Part shown: positions 25,937-38,812 of the stretch, piece after piece
Numbering within the stretch: position 1 is the stretch's first letter
Layout of the letters: every line of letters begins with the position of its first letter
NCBI GenBank assembly: GCA_003693705.1
Contig: RBZT01000338.1
Location: forward strand, 2,637-66,636
Origin: Polymyxa betae A26-41
Lineage: Eukaryota; Protista; Endomyxa: Phytomyxea
Direction of reading: 5' to 3'
Length of the DNA: 64,000 nucleotides
Notes under the pieces: generated by a model
What the model was told of the DNA's origin: nothing
Databases searched by the model: none
What the model saw: the letters and a program-made list of their open reading frames with translations, nothing else
Position numbers and translations under genes: made by a program

Positions 25937-26360
25937 CCTCTATATCAGCTGGTATACTGATATCATACTGGATGGGAATACTGGACCAGCCATATTCGTC
26001 ACTGTTGCATTGAAACTGATCGATAGCGATATCGGCTAGCGACTCTAACGGGTTCGGCACCAAAGATTGCAGCGTTTGACCCTCAGCGGAATCGACCTTC
26101 CCCTTCACGGAACGACGCTTGGCGCTGCTTAGCAACGAGCTTAAAGCGGTCGTTTTATGAAGCACACCAAGCTCTGAAAGCTGGCGAAATTCCGAACTCA
26201 GAAGCAGCTGTCGATCTGGCCGAACCGAGCCGGACTTGCGCTCCATACCAAGCTGGATCTGGTTCCAGTGGTTGTGGGGGCCGTACCCGCCCACGGGTTC
26301 ATTGAGGTCAGCGATCTCGGCTGGCGCGGAAGTCGGATGTCCCATGACAGCCGCCATACA
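25937..26360 (-). CDS. Hypothetical protein exon
   Basis: GC-richer part of ORF 25821-26540 from MAAVMG to a GTAAC donor; no family recognised. Confidence 0.35.
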
Positions 26361-26834
26361 GAGAGTTGTATGGTCTAGATTAGGGTTTGATAAGGTTAAG
26401 AGTGGGCGCTGCCCCCGGCTGGTATGGCATGTTACTGGTACAGTGGGGCGCGGCCTCCTGGAGTGACCCTCCAGAGTCCGCGTAGAGTGGATCCGCTGCC
26501 CACTCATTGACCCAAAAGTGACAGCGGGGGTTGCGCGCAAACCCTATTCGCAGTGCTCGAATCGCATCCACTCATTCTAGTGAACAGGTTGCACTCATTG
26601 AAACATCGATTTATAGCGAGACATTCACATACGACGTAATTGATGGGATACTCTCTGAAGTCGCTTGGTCACGACATTTGTGGACGGCCAAATCCTGCTG
26701 CATTAAGCACGAATCATATTGTGATCAAAACAACATTATATTTGTCTCAAAGCTCACAAACGTCATTTGCTAGTACTATCAATTGGTGAAGAGATATATC
26801 TTTGCAGTTTTAAATGGATATTGTCGTGTAGATC

Positions 26835-26944
26835 TTCGATCGGGCTCGGGTACGACCCGAAAAACCCGGGTCGGGTTAATATTGGGTCGGTTCGGGTAGA
26901 GGGCAGGTACCCGATCCGACTACCCGACAGTACCCGGCCCATAT
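26835..26944. mobile_element. hAT/MITE-like terminal remnant with ACCCG/CGGGT repeats
   Basis: Clustered inverted ACCCG motifs ending TACCCGGCCCATA; related copy at ~33800-33873. Confidence 0.45.
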
Positions 26945-27899
26945 GAGAGCTGAATAAACGGCACCCGTTGTTCTCCCATTATTCTATCTCGTCAATATAG
27001 CATCATTTCAATTGTCATGGACATGACAACCCGAAAGCGAAAAACCCCGATTTTGTTATGTTTGTCGACTTCATCCATTCCATTGAGGCTTTAATCACAG
27101 CGGAAGAGGCCAATCGGCGTGGCCTTTGCGCAACTTAATTTTAAAGCTGTGAAGATTCTTCAGTTGATGGTTTAGATTATAGAATCTCCTCTGCATCATG
27201 ATGGGATTATCGCAGTACTGGATCAGACTATCGGTCAAATTTTCGATGGTTTTGCCTGAATGTTCCAGGGGACCTAGGAGCCGAGTGTGTCCAGCAGAAA
27301 TCTTGATCACAATCGCTCAGTCTTGATACTGCCAACGCCGTGACATGTTCTCCCGTGAAAGCAGAAAACAAACAAGTCAGATTTTGATCTCATTCGTCGA
27401 CTTCGTCTGGCAAATCGAAAGTCTTCAAAACGGATTGGGTCGAATCCGAAAACGATTGCAGGCTGCATAACGAAGCATTTTAGGCACAGCCGGATCAGTT
27501 CCTGTCCACCATATCCGGTCGAATTGGATTCGATTGCACAGCTTGTCCGCGATTTCGGTGGGTTGGGCGGCCTCAGTGCCCGCCTGGACCAAGGCCCAGA
27601 TTATCCTTGTTGTCAAGTTCATAGATATTTCAGCTCTTGAAGTGATCTAGATATTCCCCTGGCTGTTTAAAGGCGCATCTATTTCGACCTGAAAGGAGCT
27701 GCTTCAATCAGGGATTCAGTTGAGTTGAAATTTATCGAAAATGTTTTATTCGATATCGCATCCTTGGGGTTGGAGATCGTCATTTATGCCAAGAATCTTA
27801 TTCATGGAGTCATCAGTTCATGCGGATCGTGGTTCTGTTAAACGGATCATACCGATGGTAGCACCATAGACTCGCATCACAATATGTTCCGATATAATC

Positions 27900-28450
27900 G
27901 AGACTTTGATATGCGGAAGTGGATGAGGATTCTCGCAATACTCCGTGGCTTATTGCACGTCATGGGTATCGAGGATTCAGTACCACGCTCATTTTAGACC
28001 GATGATGCAGATCCTGGACCTTCGATCAAGAGCGCAGGTTAAGGAAAACTGCCGATGCATTCGCTACTACAGAGAGCATTGCTAAGGAAGCTGTCACAGC
28101 CTTTCAAGTGGACGCGAAGTCGCCGCCTCTCTTGGGTCTGTCCGTTAGGAGCAAGAACACCAATTTGGCGATCTGATACAAGAAAGTGGTAGCCGGCGAT
28201 TCTGGGGAACGGGTGTTATGATGATGGATAGTCAGGAACCCTTAATACCTTCTATCAAGATAACCAGGCTGCAACTGCCGATTATCGTTTAGACATCACA
28301 ACGACAAAACATATTGACATTAGACACCATTTCGTTCGAGAACGAATCGCAATCGACGACATTACGATTATTAGCTGCGCGGCCGAAAACCGGATTGCAG
28401 ACATGATGACAAAAGCGCTGGGCACGAATATCATCATTCGTTTACGCCTC
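27900..28450 (+). mobile_element. Ty1/Copia LTR-retrotransposon remnant (RNase H)
   Basis: 28250-28430 translates to YQDNQAA...TKHIDIRHHFVRERI...IADMMTKALG, the Copia RNase H motifs; upstream sequence is degraded. Confidence 0.85.
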
Positions 28451-29608
28451 GTGAGTGATGCTTATTATGATCCACGTGTACAAAAGGAATAAACCGCTCG
28501 CCCGATACTAGTTACGACTCCTCTCGTACGAAGGTCTATACGATGGCCAGAACACGACAGACTGCTCTAAAGATGAATGGCTTTCGCCCGTTACGCACGA
28601 ACTTTGGTTGATGGAGTTCACTCAAGCAGCCGGTCCTGTACACCTACGTTTTCACATTTGAAGAATTTTCTCACTGGAGAGAGACAGCAAATTCATGGTG
28701 ATCAGATCCAATTTTAATGTAATAAACATTTAAATGTCACTGATGATATTCTAAACCAGTTCAAATATGATACATCTCACAGACAAGTTGAGAAGATTCA
28801 ACCTCTACTACTCTCCTGAGTCCTACTAATAGGGCCGTACGGGATAGAGACGAACATAAATGGGTGTAGAAATGAACGGCTTCGAAATTGGAAGTAGAAG
28901 CACTGATAGATATTATGGCCAGATGCCTGAGTACTACTAGCCTTGCGTTTCGGATAGAGCGCCGCCTGTTGACCAAACAACGAACTAGAAGAATTCAATC
29001 CATCCATTCACCTCTACTAGTATTGAGTATTTGCATAAATGGAGAGGGTTTTCTGATCTTCGAAATTCTTGGTGTCCAGGTGATAACATTACCGTGTGAA
29101 TTTTGTTGATGTAACTTTCACATCTCTACATTCAGTAGCATAGCAAATTTCTCTTAACGTTCTTCAAAATCACCCTTTTGCATCCATTCTAAATCACCGC
29201 ATCTTTTCCAAAAGTGCGTGCACTTTTCTAAAACCCGGTTTCATCTACAGGTTTCAGGGGGCGGTTTTACTGGTGCTTTAAAATAATAGTTGTTGCTTCA
29301 TATTCTACTGTTATCACAAATTTCGCACTTTTCCAGTCTAAATTTGTTTTGGAGGTAGTGTGAGGCGATTTTGCGTGGCCAAACACCTGATTCTGGACGT
29401 GCTCTGAATGATTGGTGCAGGATGTTTAGTGACGATTAATCTATAATTGTATTACGACGAGTATATAATACAGGATTCTTAAAATATCCCACACACTGTT
29501 GTGTTTATATAAAAGTGCGTGATCGCTCAGTGGTTGCGCCAAAGTTGCGCACAACAAAAACTGCTACCCGAGAAAGACTCGGCTCAGCACTCTGCGAGTC
29601 GAATTACT

Positions 29609-32600
29609 ATGGTCGGCCCAGCGACTGTCTTCCTGATACTGAACCTATCTGAGTGCTTACATTCACTTCCGAGCCTAGTATTGCTACAGACGATCTGGAT
29701 GTGACTTCTGATTGTCTCTCTCCTCTCGACCTTCACGTTACAGACACCAGAGTAAGATTGCTCTGTCACAATGAAGTCACATCACTTTAACATTCATTAT
29801 AGGAACAGATTATCTATGATTCATATTCTATCCAAACCTCTGATTTCGATCTGGATGTAGATTTTGATGTATCAGTAATTATATAACTGTGATGATGGTA
29901 GGAAATTGATGTATTATTCAGATATTCAATGAGCATGAAATTTGTGAAATGCTGGACACCCGACCTGATATTGGAATGTTATCAACGCCAATATCTTTAT
30001 TACATCATACAGAGAGTGTTCCGGATTTTCCTCCTATTCAGGAAATTATCAATGTAATGTTTCTGTATACATGTCTCATGTTTTAGAGATCGCTGAAATA
30101 ATCATAATCAGAATGGTGGGCATAGTCAGGTTACAGACTATCTTGAAAGTACTCCCGTCTTCCATGATACAAAGCCCGGAGTACGATTTCTGTGCCAGAA
30201 AGAAATCACCTCTCTTTTAACATGCATTATAGGAACCCATTCACGATAATTCATATTCCATCCAAGACAAATCGGATGTTCCCTATTTCAACAACCTCTT
30301 CGATCCCTCATTTGATTTTAATCTGGATGTAGATTTTAATGTATGAAATGATTATATAACTGCGATAATATGAAGTTGATGTATTATTCAGATATTCACT
30401 GAGAATGAAATTCATGAAATGTTGGACACCCGACCTGTTATTGGAACTGTATCAACATCAACATCTTTATTACATCATACAGATAATGTTCCGGCTCTAC
30501 ATCCTATTCAGGAAACTAGCAATGTAATGTTTCCTGATCAAGTCTCATGTCTTAAACATCTCTGAGGTTTTCATAATCAGAATGATGAACCAGTTGAAAC
30601 TATCTCCCGGAAACGTCCTCGTACTGACGAGACATCATTTCCAACCGACCTTCTGTCTACCTTCAATCATGATGTGACTGATATCAATGATTATAACAGT
30701 CTCTACAAGTTTCTGGTGAATTTTCTTGACGTTTTGTTCCTGTGTATATTGACTGTAGATTAGATTAAAGAGCCGAATGATGAAGAACTTCATTCCTTGT
30801 CTTTAAAGTCCGATGGTTATGCAGGTCAATGCTCTATGAACAGCTGTCTATCAGTTATCAATGTGAACGGAAATGATCTGGATGTGAGCGAAACCAGACG
30901 AATCTGTTTTGCTCGGAGCTCATTGCAAAAACTGATTCTGATTGCGAATCTGTATCGGAAAGTGATCTGGGGCTTCCTGGAATATGAATGGACTTGGAGC
31001 AATGCTGATGCTAGAATACGAAGTTGGCTGTATACCGTGTGTCGTCCTGTATTACGATGTGTTATGCATTGCTGTCAGAAAGATCTCCGCATGTTTCAGA
31101 CTGTCTGGGGGAATCCCTTCAATCATCGGAATCTCCGAAAAGAATGTTCCGGAGATAAATGCCCATCTAAACTGTTAATTGCCGATCAGTCGATGAATCA
31201 GGTCCGAGATCGCTCCTTCATCTCTATTGACCCTCTAGCTCTACAGAATGACAGCAATTTTTCCGTAAAACGGATGAAATTCAGTTCATCACTGACGGAT
31301 TTCGTTCTGCCAATGTTTGGCATGCTCTCTGAATTTCTGAAATTGTTTGATTTTAGTTTGGAGAAGATCACAGACTACACTACTCTGTGTGCTTTTCTGG
31401 TGAGATTTATTCATATTAAATGAGGAATCTCCCACTGAATCTGTAATACAGAAAAAGCAGCCTGATGATGACGAGTACGCGTTTCTTACTGATACAACCA
31501 GGTTGTTCCCATCAAATGGCAACAGATATGTTGCAAAAGCCCGCATTATTATCAATCCTCTCAATGATCAGCTCATATTGACCGAAACCTCGGAAATTTC
31601 AACTTCGAAGACCACGTTAGAGAAGTTGATATTGGTGGCCAGTTTATGTCTGAAATTAGGTCGGGCCAAGATTACCGATCGGAAATTGAACATGAAACGT
31701 GAAGGCTGTGAACATTGGCTGCGGCATACATGTTACCCAGTACTTTCATGTGTTAGAATATGCTGTCAGAATGATCTTCGGATCTTTCAATCTCGATGGG
31801 GAAATCCGTTTCCGCATTGTCGTTTTTGGATTAATTGTTCTAGACACAAAGGCAAGACGAAACAGTGCGGATTTGAGACTCCCAAATCACAATCAGTCGG
31901 TAACACAACGGGCGCTTTGTCTGAATTTCTGAAATCGTTTGATTTTGGTGTGGAGAATGTCACAGACTACACTACTCGGTGTGCTTTTCTGGTGAGATTT
32001 ATTCATATTCAATGGGGAATATCACACTGAATCTGTAATACAGAAAAAGCTGCCTGATAATGACGAGTACGAGTTTCTTACTGATACAAACATATTGTTC
32101 CCATCAAACGGCAGAACTCATGTTGCAAGAGCCCCGATTATTATCAAAGTTCTCGATGATCAGCTCATATTGACCGAAATCTCGGAAATCCCAAGTTCGA
32201 AGACCACGTTACAGAAGTTGATATTGATGGCCAGTTTATGTCTAAAATTAGGTCGGGCCAAGATTACCGACCCGACGTTGAACATGAAACGTGAACGCTG
32301 TGATAATTGGTTGCGGCATGCATGTTATCCAGTACTATCATGCATTTCAATATGCTGTCAGAATGATCTTCGGACTTTCCAATCTCGATGGGGAAATCCG
32401 TTTTCGCATTCTTGTTTTCAAAGGCTTTGTTCCAGGCACAATTGCAAGAGGCAACAGTGCGGATTTGAGACTTTCATTGTCAGTAACAATGAGAAATATT
32501 CCATCAAATCGCAACTAGTTCGTGATAGAGGAGATCTTGGTCATTGTCTATTGAGATATTCTATGAAAGGATTTGAGACGGTATTACTGTGTTCAAGTTT

Positions 32601-32893
32601 ATTTGTATTTTCTGAATATATCACAGAAGCTCATATTGGAGTGTATTCAGCGAATGAATGATGAACTGAAGAAGCGAATGTTGAATTCATCAGATGATCT
32701 GAGTGAATATCTCCGACATTCTGTAAATCCAATATTATACTGTCTTGAACATCATTGTAATAATGATGTGGAGTATTTCTCTCATATATTTGGACATTTT
32801 ATTGATCATTATCAATTTCAAAAGAATTACTGTCCTGGACCTACTGGACAATGTCCTGCTCTATCTGCGGTTAATGCTGATAAGACTATTTAA
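29609..32893 (+). CDS. Multi-exon protein with a duplicated acidic N-terminal block and four Cys/His-rich repeat domains (start uncertain)
   Basis: ORFs 30797, 31503, 32095 and 32573 splice in frame through ~50-nt introns; each carries P(V/I)LxC..(C/H)CxxD...F...(W/F)G.(P)F.H..F...C. Confidence 0.65.
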
Positions 32894-33799
32894 TCAGTGA
32901 AAGAATGTCAAATTTGGCTCAGCTCTACAAGTGTCTCAAACTCCATATTGTTCTCAGTTTTTTGACAGAGAATGATCCATGAAAATCAATGAGCAGACAA
33001 TATTACAATTCTAAACGAATCCTTTTAAGTCTGCCAACGGCTGCACTCATTAAGTTGCACACAATTTCATTGCTGCACACTATTCTGCAGCTAATAGCCA
33101 TAGTTTGTTGAGGAATCAGGCTGCTTCAAATGAGCCCAATGATGATCAGCAGTGAGTCTCTGGCGATTAAGGCGTTTGATGATATTATCACTCAATGATG
33201 ATTCATCAAAAGCTACATAAGATGATGTCAGGAGATCTGCAGAGCAAACAAATCTACGGACAGTGATTCTGGCTATCGAGCACACCGGAGCGATCAGTTA
33301 TTCACTCAAGTTAAGAGCCCAGGCCCGCTAACGTGAGCCGTCCCGAAACTGAATACAAACTGGTCACGATTCTCCTTCGCCTTCCAGGCGTTTCTGCGAG
33401 GAGTTCATATGGCGGATCTCTTAGAAGACCTAAAGGTGCCGATGTCTGCTACTAAATGTTTATTTATGTGGCGGAATGGGGCCAGTTGGACTACCCGTGC
33501 GACACCAAGACGCATTGAAGAACGCTCATCAGACCGTGAGCAGCCAGAACGTCAAAAACTCACAAACTGATGAAATCACTAATCGGAAGGCCACGATTTT
33601 GAGTGTTTTATTTTAGAATACGATTGCTGGCAATAGGACGCATGACGCTCCAAGAACGAGACACCCTTATTGGGTGGCTGTCGAACCGCCTGAATCTGCA
33701 AAAGAGGCTACGCCACCTTGTCGCGTTCGCCTGTCGCCATCACGAACTACATGTTTGAGCTGACAGGAAGAGCAGAAGTCACGGACATGGGCTTCATTT

Positions 33800-33873
33800 A
33801 CAGAGGCACCGGTACTACCCGACTACCGGCTCTCGGGTAGTGTATCAGTCGACTACCGACACTACCGGCCATA
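33800..33873. mobile_element. Short MITE-like remnant related to 26835-26944
   Basis: Shares CGACTAC(C)CGACA.TAC(C)CGGCC.ATA. Confidence 0.4.
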
Positions 33874-34499
33874 CAGGGAAACTGCCATCGAACTTTGCCC
33901 TCTTTCATATTTCATTAAGGGCTCGCTTGGCACACCCATCACCGGAATTCCGTAGGTGCTACTCAAGGCACCATTGCGTCGAGGCAATCAGGGAGATCAA
34001 GTCTTGCATGACGACCATCATCTTGTGCTGTATGGAAGCTCCAGCTGTAGTCGCCCAACCTGTCGGAACGTCACCAATTCGGCATTGAATTCTTCGCTTT
34101 CTCCCATTGCGTCTCAAACGATGCACAAATAGACAAAGTCGATTAGTACTTTAGTCTTCACTGGGAATGACCTCAAATTGATCCAACTGGAAGGTTCACT
34201 CTCAAAATCTCAGTAAAGTTGCCAAAGAAATTCTTTGCTCTCAGATTCGTCGGTCTCAATTGAACGGATTTCGATCTGCGGTCAGAATGTGCCCTACTAT
34301 TTTGACCCTTTTCAGTCTTATCGATTTGGTAGCCTGTACAGCCTGGTACCGATCGGAGCTCTATAATTACTACAGCGCAGTTAGCGATTCAGGACCTGCC
34401 CCGCAGATGCTGTTGAATACTGATTTGCAGAGGCAGGATAGAGAATCACAGACAATGTTGATGCTCTGATTGATTGGTCGAAATCGTTTGTAAAGGATA

Positions 34500-35400
34500 G
34501 AGATCCCATACTGAAGGGCAATGATCTCTGTCCTATAACTCGACGAGTCCCCAACTTTCCAAAGCGCCGTTCTACGTCTGGGGCGATCACTATAGAAACG
34601 CCCTTCTCGAAATTGATCTGCTACACGTCATGCTTGGCGTCTTAACGTTGCCTTTCCGCATCACGTTTCTTTGAAATCGCATGTTCGACCTCCTTGTGTA
34701 AGGCTTCCATAGATTGTATCAGCGAACTCATAATTGCTGTCATTTTCTCAGGGTCCATTCTCGTCTCCGAAACCTGACGCTTTTTCTGTTAAAGGTTACG
34801 TGCACATGGCTATTTGTCTCAAGCATCCCGGACACAATGGCCTGTGAATGTCCTCCCAGACGTCGGCCAGTCGTGTGATTCAACAAGTACTGAATTAGGG
34901 GGGTGATATCTGGCCAGTCACTTGCCTGTAAACGGAGTTCAGACAGCAGTGTTCGTGCTAAGAAAAGAACGCCACGATAAGCCCTCTCTACAGTCACGAC
35001 CCGTTAGCACAAGGCCTGATGTATGAACGCCGGCTTATCACCTTGCAGGTTCTCAGGATGTCTACTTCAGATATCACAACTGGCAGTAATTCACCCATCT
35101 ATGAGAGCAGAATTCATGCACGGCCCATTCCGTAGGATTTTGGAGAATCATGAGAAGGTAGAACAAGCACCCGTCCAGTCCAACAAGGGACTCGAACCCT
35201 GTATCCTTTCCTTTTATTCAAATGAGATACACTCAATGAGACCGCAGCACTCCTTCAAATTATCGAATTTAGTTTCAGAGTCACCATCAATAAATGATGG
35301 ATATCAAATCGGCCTGAAGGGTCTTGTAGACTTTCCAGTGCAGGATCTCAAATCGAACTGAATCCTCCAAAGCCTTAAGCCTAACTGATCCCCTCCAATT
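34500..35400 (-). mobile_element. Ty3/Gypsy-type integrase remnant
   Basis: ANG.TVERAYRGVLFLARTLLSELRLQASDWPDITPLIQYLLNHTTGRRLGG followed by ALHKEV...INFEKG, with stops and frameshifts. Confidence 0.7.
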
Positions 35401-37597
35401 CGAAATTAGTGAATATATATAAAAATAACTATTAGGCCACAATGACAGGAGCTAAGCCTGTGCTTGCCCTCTTTTTCAGCAAGATTTGGCTCCATGCAGA
35501 GAACCGAGTTTCAACAACGTGAAGCAAACATCCCTCTTCCGATCCATTGAAACATGGAAATTTTTCGACCCGACTAACACCAATAGTTCTGTAGAAATCA
35601 GTCACCTTGGTTTGTTTATTGAAGAAATATTTGCTTGAGCTCGAACAAAACAGCTCTCGTTGATATCATATAAAATGGGAGCTTCCATAGCAAATTAGTG
35701 ATTCCTGTAAAGGAAGTTGGCATGCTGGCGAGATTCAGATGTTTACTAAGGGCCGTATAGCTCGGTATACACAGTAGTATATGAAGGCCTGCTGTGAAGT
35801 GGCTTTGCTGACGAGATGTTTATACCAAGCGTTTGGGAATCCAGCTGTAAGACGTTGACATTGTTTCTACAGTCATAACCACCAAAATACAACTTCAATA
35901 TATCAGAAATGATCAGAAGGCTTTATTTCGGCTCTTCTACAGATTGCTTGAAGCTAGATTGCGCTTGTACAGCTTCAAAGCTTCGCATGATTCGTCTTTA
36001 GTTCGAAATCCTTTGCAGCTGGACCCAGGTACGCCACAGGTCAGAGCATAGCATTGCGCCCACGTCGAACAGACCGCTGATCGCTCACCATCCAGAACGA
36101 CATAAAATTGTTTATACTTATTCGGCTATCATTAACAGTAACACGGCCTACCTTGGGCTTGGAGCGTCCCATGGAGCTATAATGGAAATATGGATGGAAT
36201 CTCCCAACCAGATGATGTCACCAATACAGAGAACCTATTGATGACGCTGTCAGCTGGTGATTGCCATAATCTAACAACATTACCCTGAAGCAAAAGCCTC
36301 GTCAACGGTTGTATGGTCGGGTTGTATCTCGCAAAGGGATACCGACATTTTTTGATGTTACACTGGGGAAAGGGTTTCTGTCGGTCGACGGAATCGCAGC
36401 CTTCCATTCGTCGAAAAAACAGAATACTGAGAATAGTGCGTACCCGTCGGAATCTCCTCTTGGTGAGTATCTTGCCAGTTCCGCAATAAGAGGAGAGATT
36501 CCGATAGCTGTCACCCCGTAAGCCTCAAGACAATTCACTGCGTATTGAGATAGATCCATAAAAACGCCGTTTATCAGCTATTTGTGCAGGCTGCGCTGCC
36601 AACTGCGAGTGGCAGAATTTACGTGACGCTTTCTTATTGCAGGGGGTCGTGTGACGTCTTTCTGACCCTCACGTATTATTGATGTCCCTGCTTGTAATGT
36701 CTGGAACGTCTATGGCGCCTATGATTATAGTCCAAAATTGGAGGATGATACGAGCAGCCTTGGGATTGTGGTAGAGGAGACACATGAAGCTGATGATGTC
36801 ACTGTTCCTCTACTGGACCATAATCGAACTCACGTAAATGATGTCAACCGATTACTTTCAACAAGCTGAAAACTTCTTCAATTGCCATAGGATGGAACCC
36901 GATTGTCTGTGACGCCAAAGCGTCGGAGCTTCCCTCGATTGTTCTAAATCAAGCTTCGTAACGTAACTTCGTCTCGTGATGCATTAACTGATTAACACAT
37001 CGCCTTAACCTTGAGAATTGACAATAAGCGATTCCTTTTGAACAATCGATTCGTCAGGTAAGAGCTGTCTCTGGTGAGAATCACGACATCCTTAATTGTG
37101 TAATCCAGGTTCAGCTCGCTCTTCGGACATTTTGTTCTTTAACCTGCTGATGCAACTGAATCTACGATCGAAAATAATTTTCATGACCTCATGTTCTTTG
37201 CTTTCGATCTTTTGGTGAAACGATCAGCTCGTATGGTGCTGGAGGGTCTTTTTGCTCATAACAATGGAATCACAGATAGACGCTATGACGATGGTTCGGG
37301 CTTCTCCACATCGATAGTATTGAGCCTAGACGAGATCCCGACTACTACGCACAATTTTGTCCGTTGACGGATGAAAGGCTGCGCATCCTTCGACAGTCAG
37401 AAAGACAAAAACTGACACACTGTGCCGCATCGTGCCGCATCATCTGTTATACGACGCCATGGTTGCCATAAGTCAGGCAACCTCGCGCGTTGGAGGTATC
37501 GCCACGGATTGCGAGAGAGGCCGCTTCCTTCACGCAGCGGAACTGAACCTCTCTCTGTTACTCCCGGCCATCTCCTCCCTGCGATCTTCGTCTAGCC

Positions 37598-38350
37598 ATG
37601 ACGACCTTGCACTATCTCTTCCTAATCGCGTCCCTGGCTGCCGTTGATCTGGCAAGGGCGCCGTCCTGCTGCCCTTCTCAACCCGCTCCGCCGCCAGTCG
37701 TGGCCAACGAGTCACCTGTTCGGAGTCCGACGCCGGTCTCCGTTCGACCGAGGCTGCCGCGGCCGTCACGCCGTCGCTTACCGCGAGCCGACCAGCGCGA
37801 ACTGCTCCGAACGGTGGCTGCTCAGAGCCTGCGCCGTTACAAGTCGCAGCTCCAAACCCGCTATCTGCAGATCGCAGATGACGGCGCCGCTCTGGTCCGA
37901 CGTTTGGCCCTGGCTCGGGCCTGCTGCAGCATGTCCGGCATTGATGGCTTCGATTCCCGCCGCATCACCGAAGCGCAGGCACGAATGCTGGTCCTGGTGG
38001 CGTTGAAACGCGGTTGCCGTCTCACGGGCCAGTACGCCTGCGGCGGCGGCTGCGACGATCAGCGCCCGCGCCGATTATTCGAGCCGCGTCGCCCGATGCT
38101 GTCGGATCTGTTGATGCGAGCCGAAAAGATCCGGATCGATATCCACGATCTGTTGCAGAAGGTAATACTCAATCAGCTGACTCTGTCGGATGCGTCGTAC
38201 ACGGCCTTGGAGGAGCTCCAGTTTAAGATCGATATGGCCTTAGTCCTGAATCTGGAAGCGACCAACCTAGAAACTGCCGTCGGTGTATTTGAGCTATTCG
38301 ACCTCAAGAACGCTCTTAGAAGTCTACCTGCCTTAAAGCTACGACCATGA
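37598..38350 (+). CDS. Putative secreted orphan protein (250 aa), candidate effector
   Basis: Intronless GC-rich ORF; leader MTTLHYLFLIASLAAVDLA; Pro/Arg-rich segment; several Cys. Confidence 0.7.
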   Translation: MTTLHYLFLIASLAAVDLARAPSCCPSQPAPPPVVANESPVRSPTPVSVRPRLPRPSRRRLPRADQRELLRTVAAQSLRRYKSQLQTRYLQIADDGAALVRRLALARACCSMSGIDGFDSRRITEAQARMLVLVALKRGCRLTGQYACGGGCDDQRPRRLFEPRRPMLSDLLMRAEKIRIDIHDLLQKVILNQLTLSDASYTALEELQFKIDMALVLNLEATNLETAVGVFELFDLKNALRSLPALKLRP

Positions 38351-38739
38351 TCTCTCTATGCAACGCTTGTTTATTTCCTAAAACTAAATTTGTTTGCCTT
38401 GTTATGTTATTTACGTAAACTTTGCTAATGATTCGTTCCGCTGCTACATGTTCATTCTTCAAGATTTCTCTACGAAGCAACCCAGAATTCTGCATTGTAT
38501 TGGCTAGATTTTGCATGAGCTGTCCAAAATTGGAACGAAATCACTGATCATTTTCTAATGCTCAGATGCATTTACTCTAGCCATGGATATTGGGTACAGC
38601 AATCGATTCCACAAATTTCGCCAGCTTCTGGTAAATTGTTTAGCGATCAATGTAAAAGCCAACCAGAATCGAACGTTTCAAGTACGCAAAGCAAAAAATT
38701 CTCGGGATGATTGATTCAGAAATGGTCAGTAAAAAGAAA

Positions 38740-38812
38740 TGTCCGAAGCCAGGATTGAACTGGCGACCTCGCGTGTGTGAGACGCGTGTGATAACCACTA
38801 CACCATCCGGAC
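38740..38812 (-). tRNA. tRNA-Val(CAC)
   Basis: Reverse complement GTCCGGATGGTGTAGTGGTTATCACACGCGTCTCACACACGCGAGGTCGCCAGTTCAATCCTGGCTTCGGACA folds as a cloverleaf; T tract downstream. Confidence 0.95.

Noticed and set aside
29200-29260. Tc1/pogo DDE motif (VDETGF on the minus strand)
   Set aside because: Immediately followed by a stop; no other transposase motifs or TIRs seen
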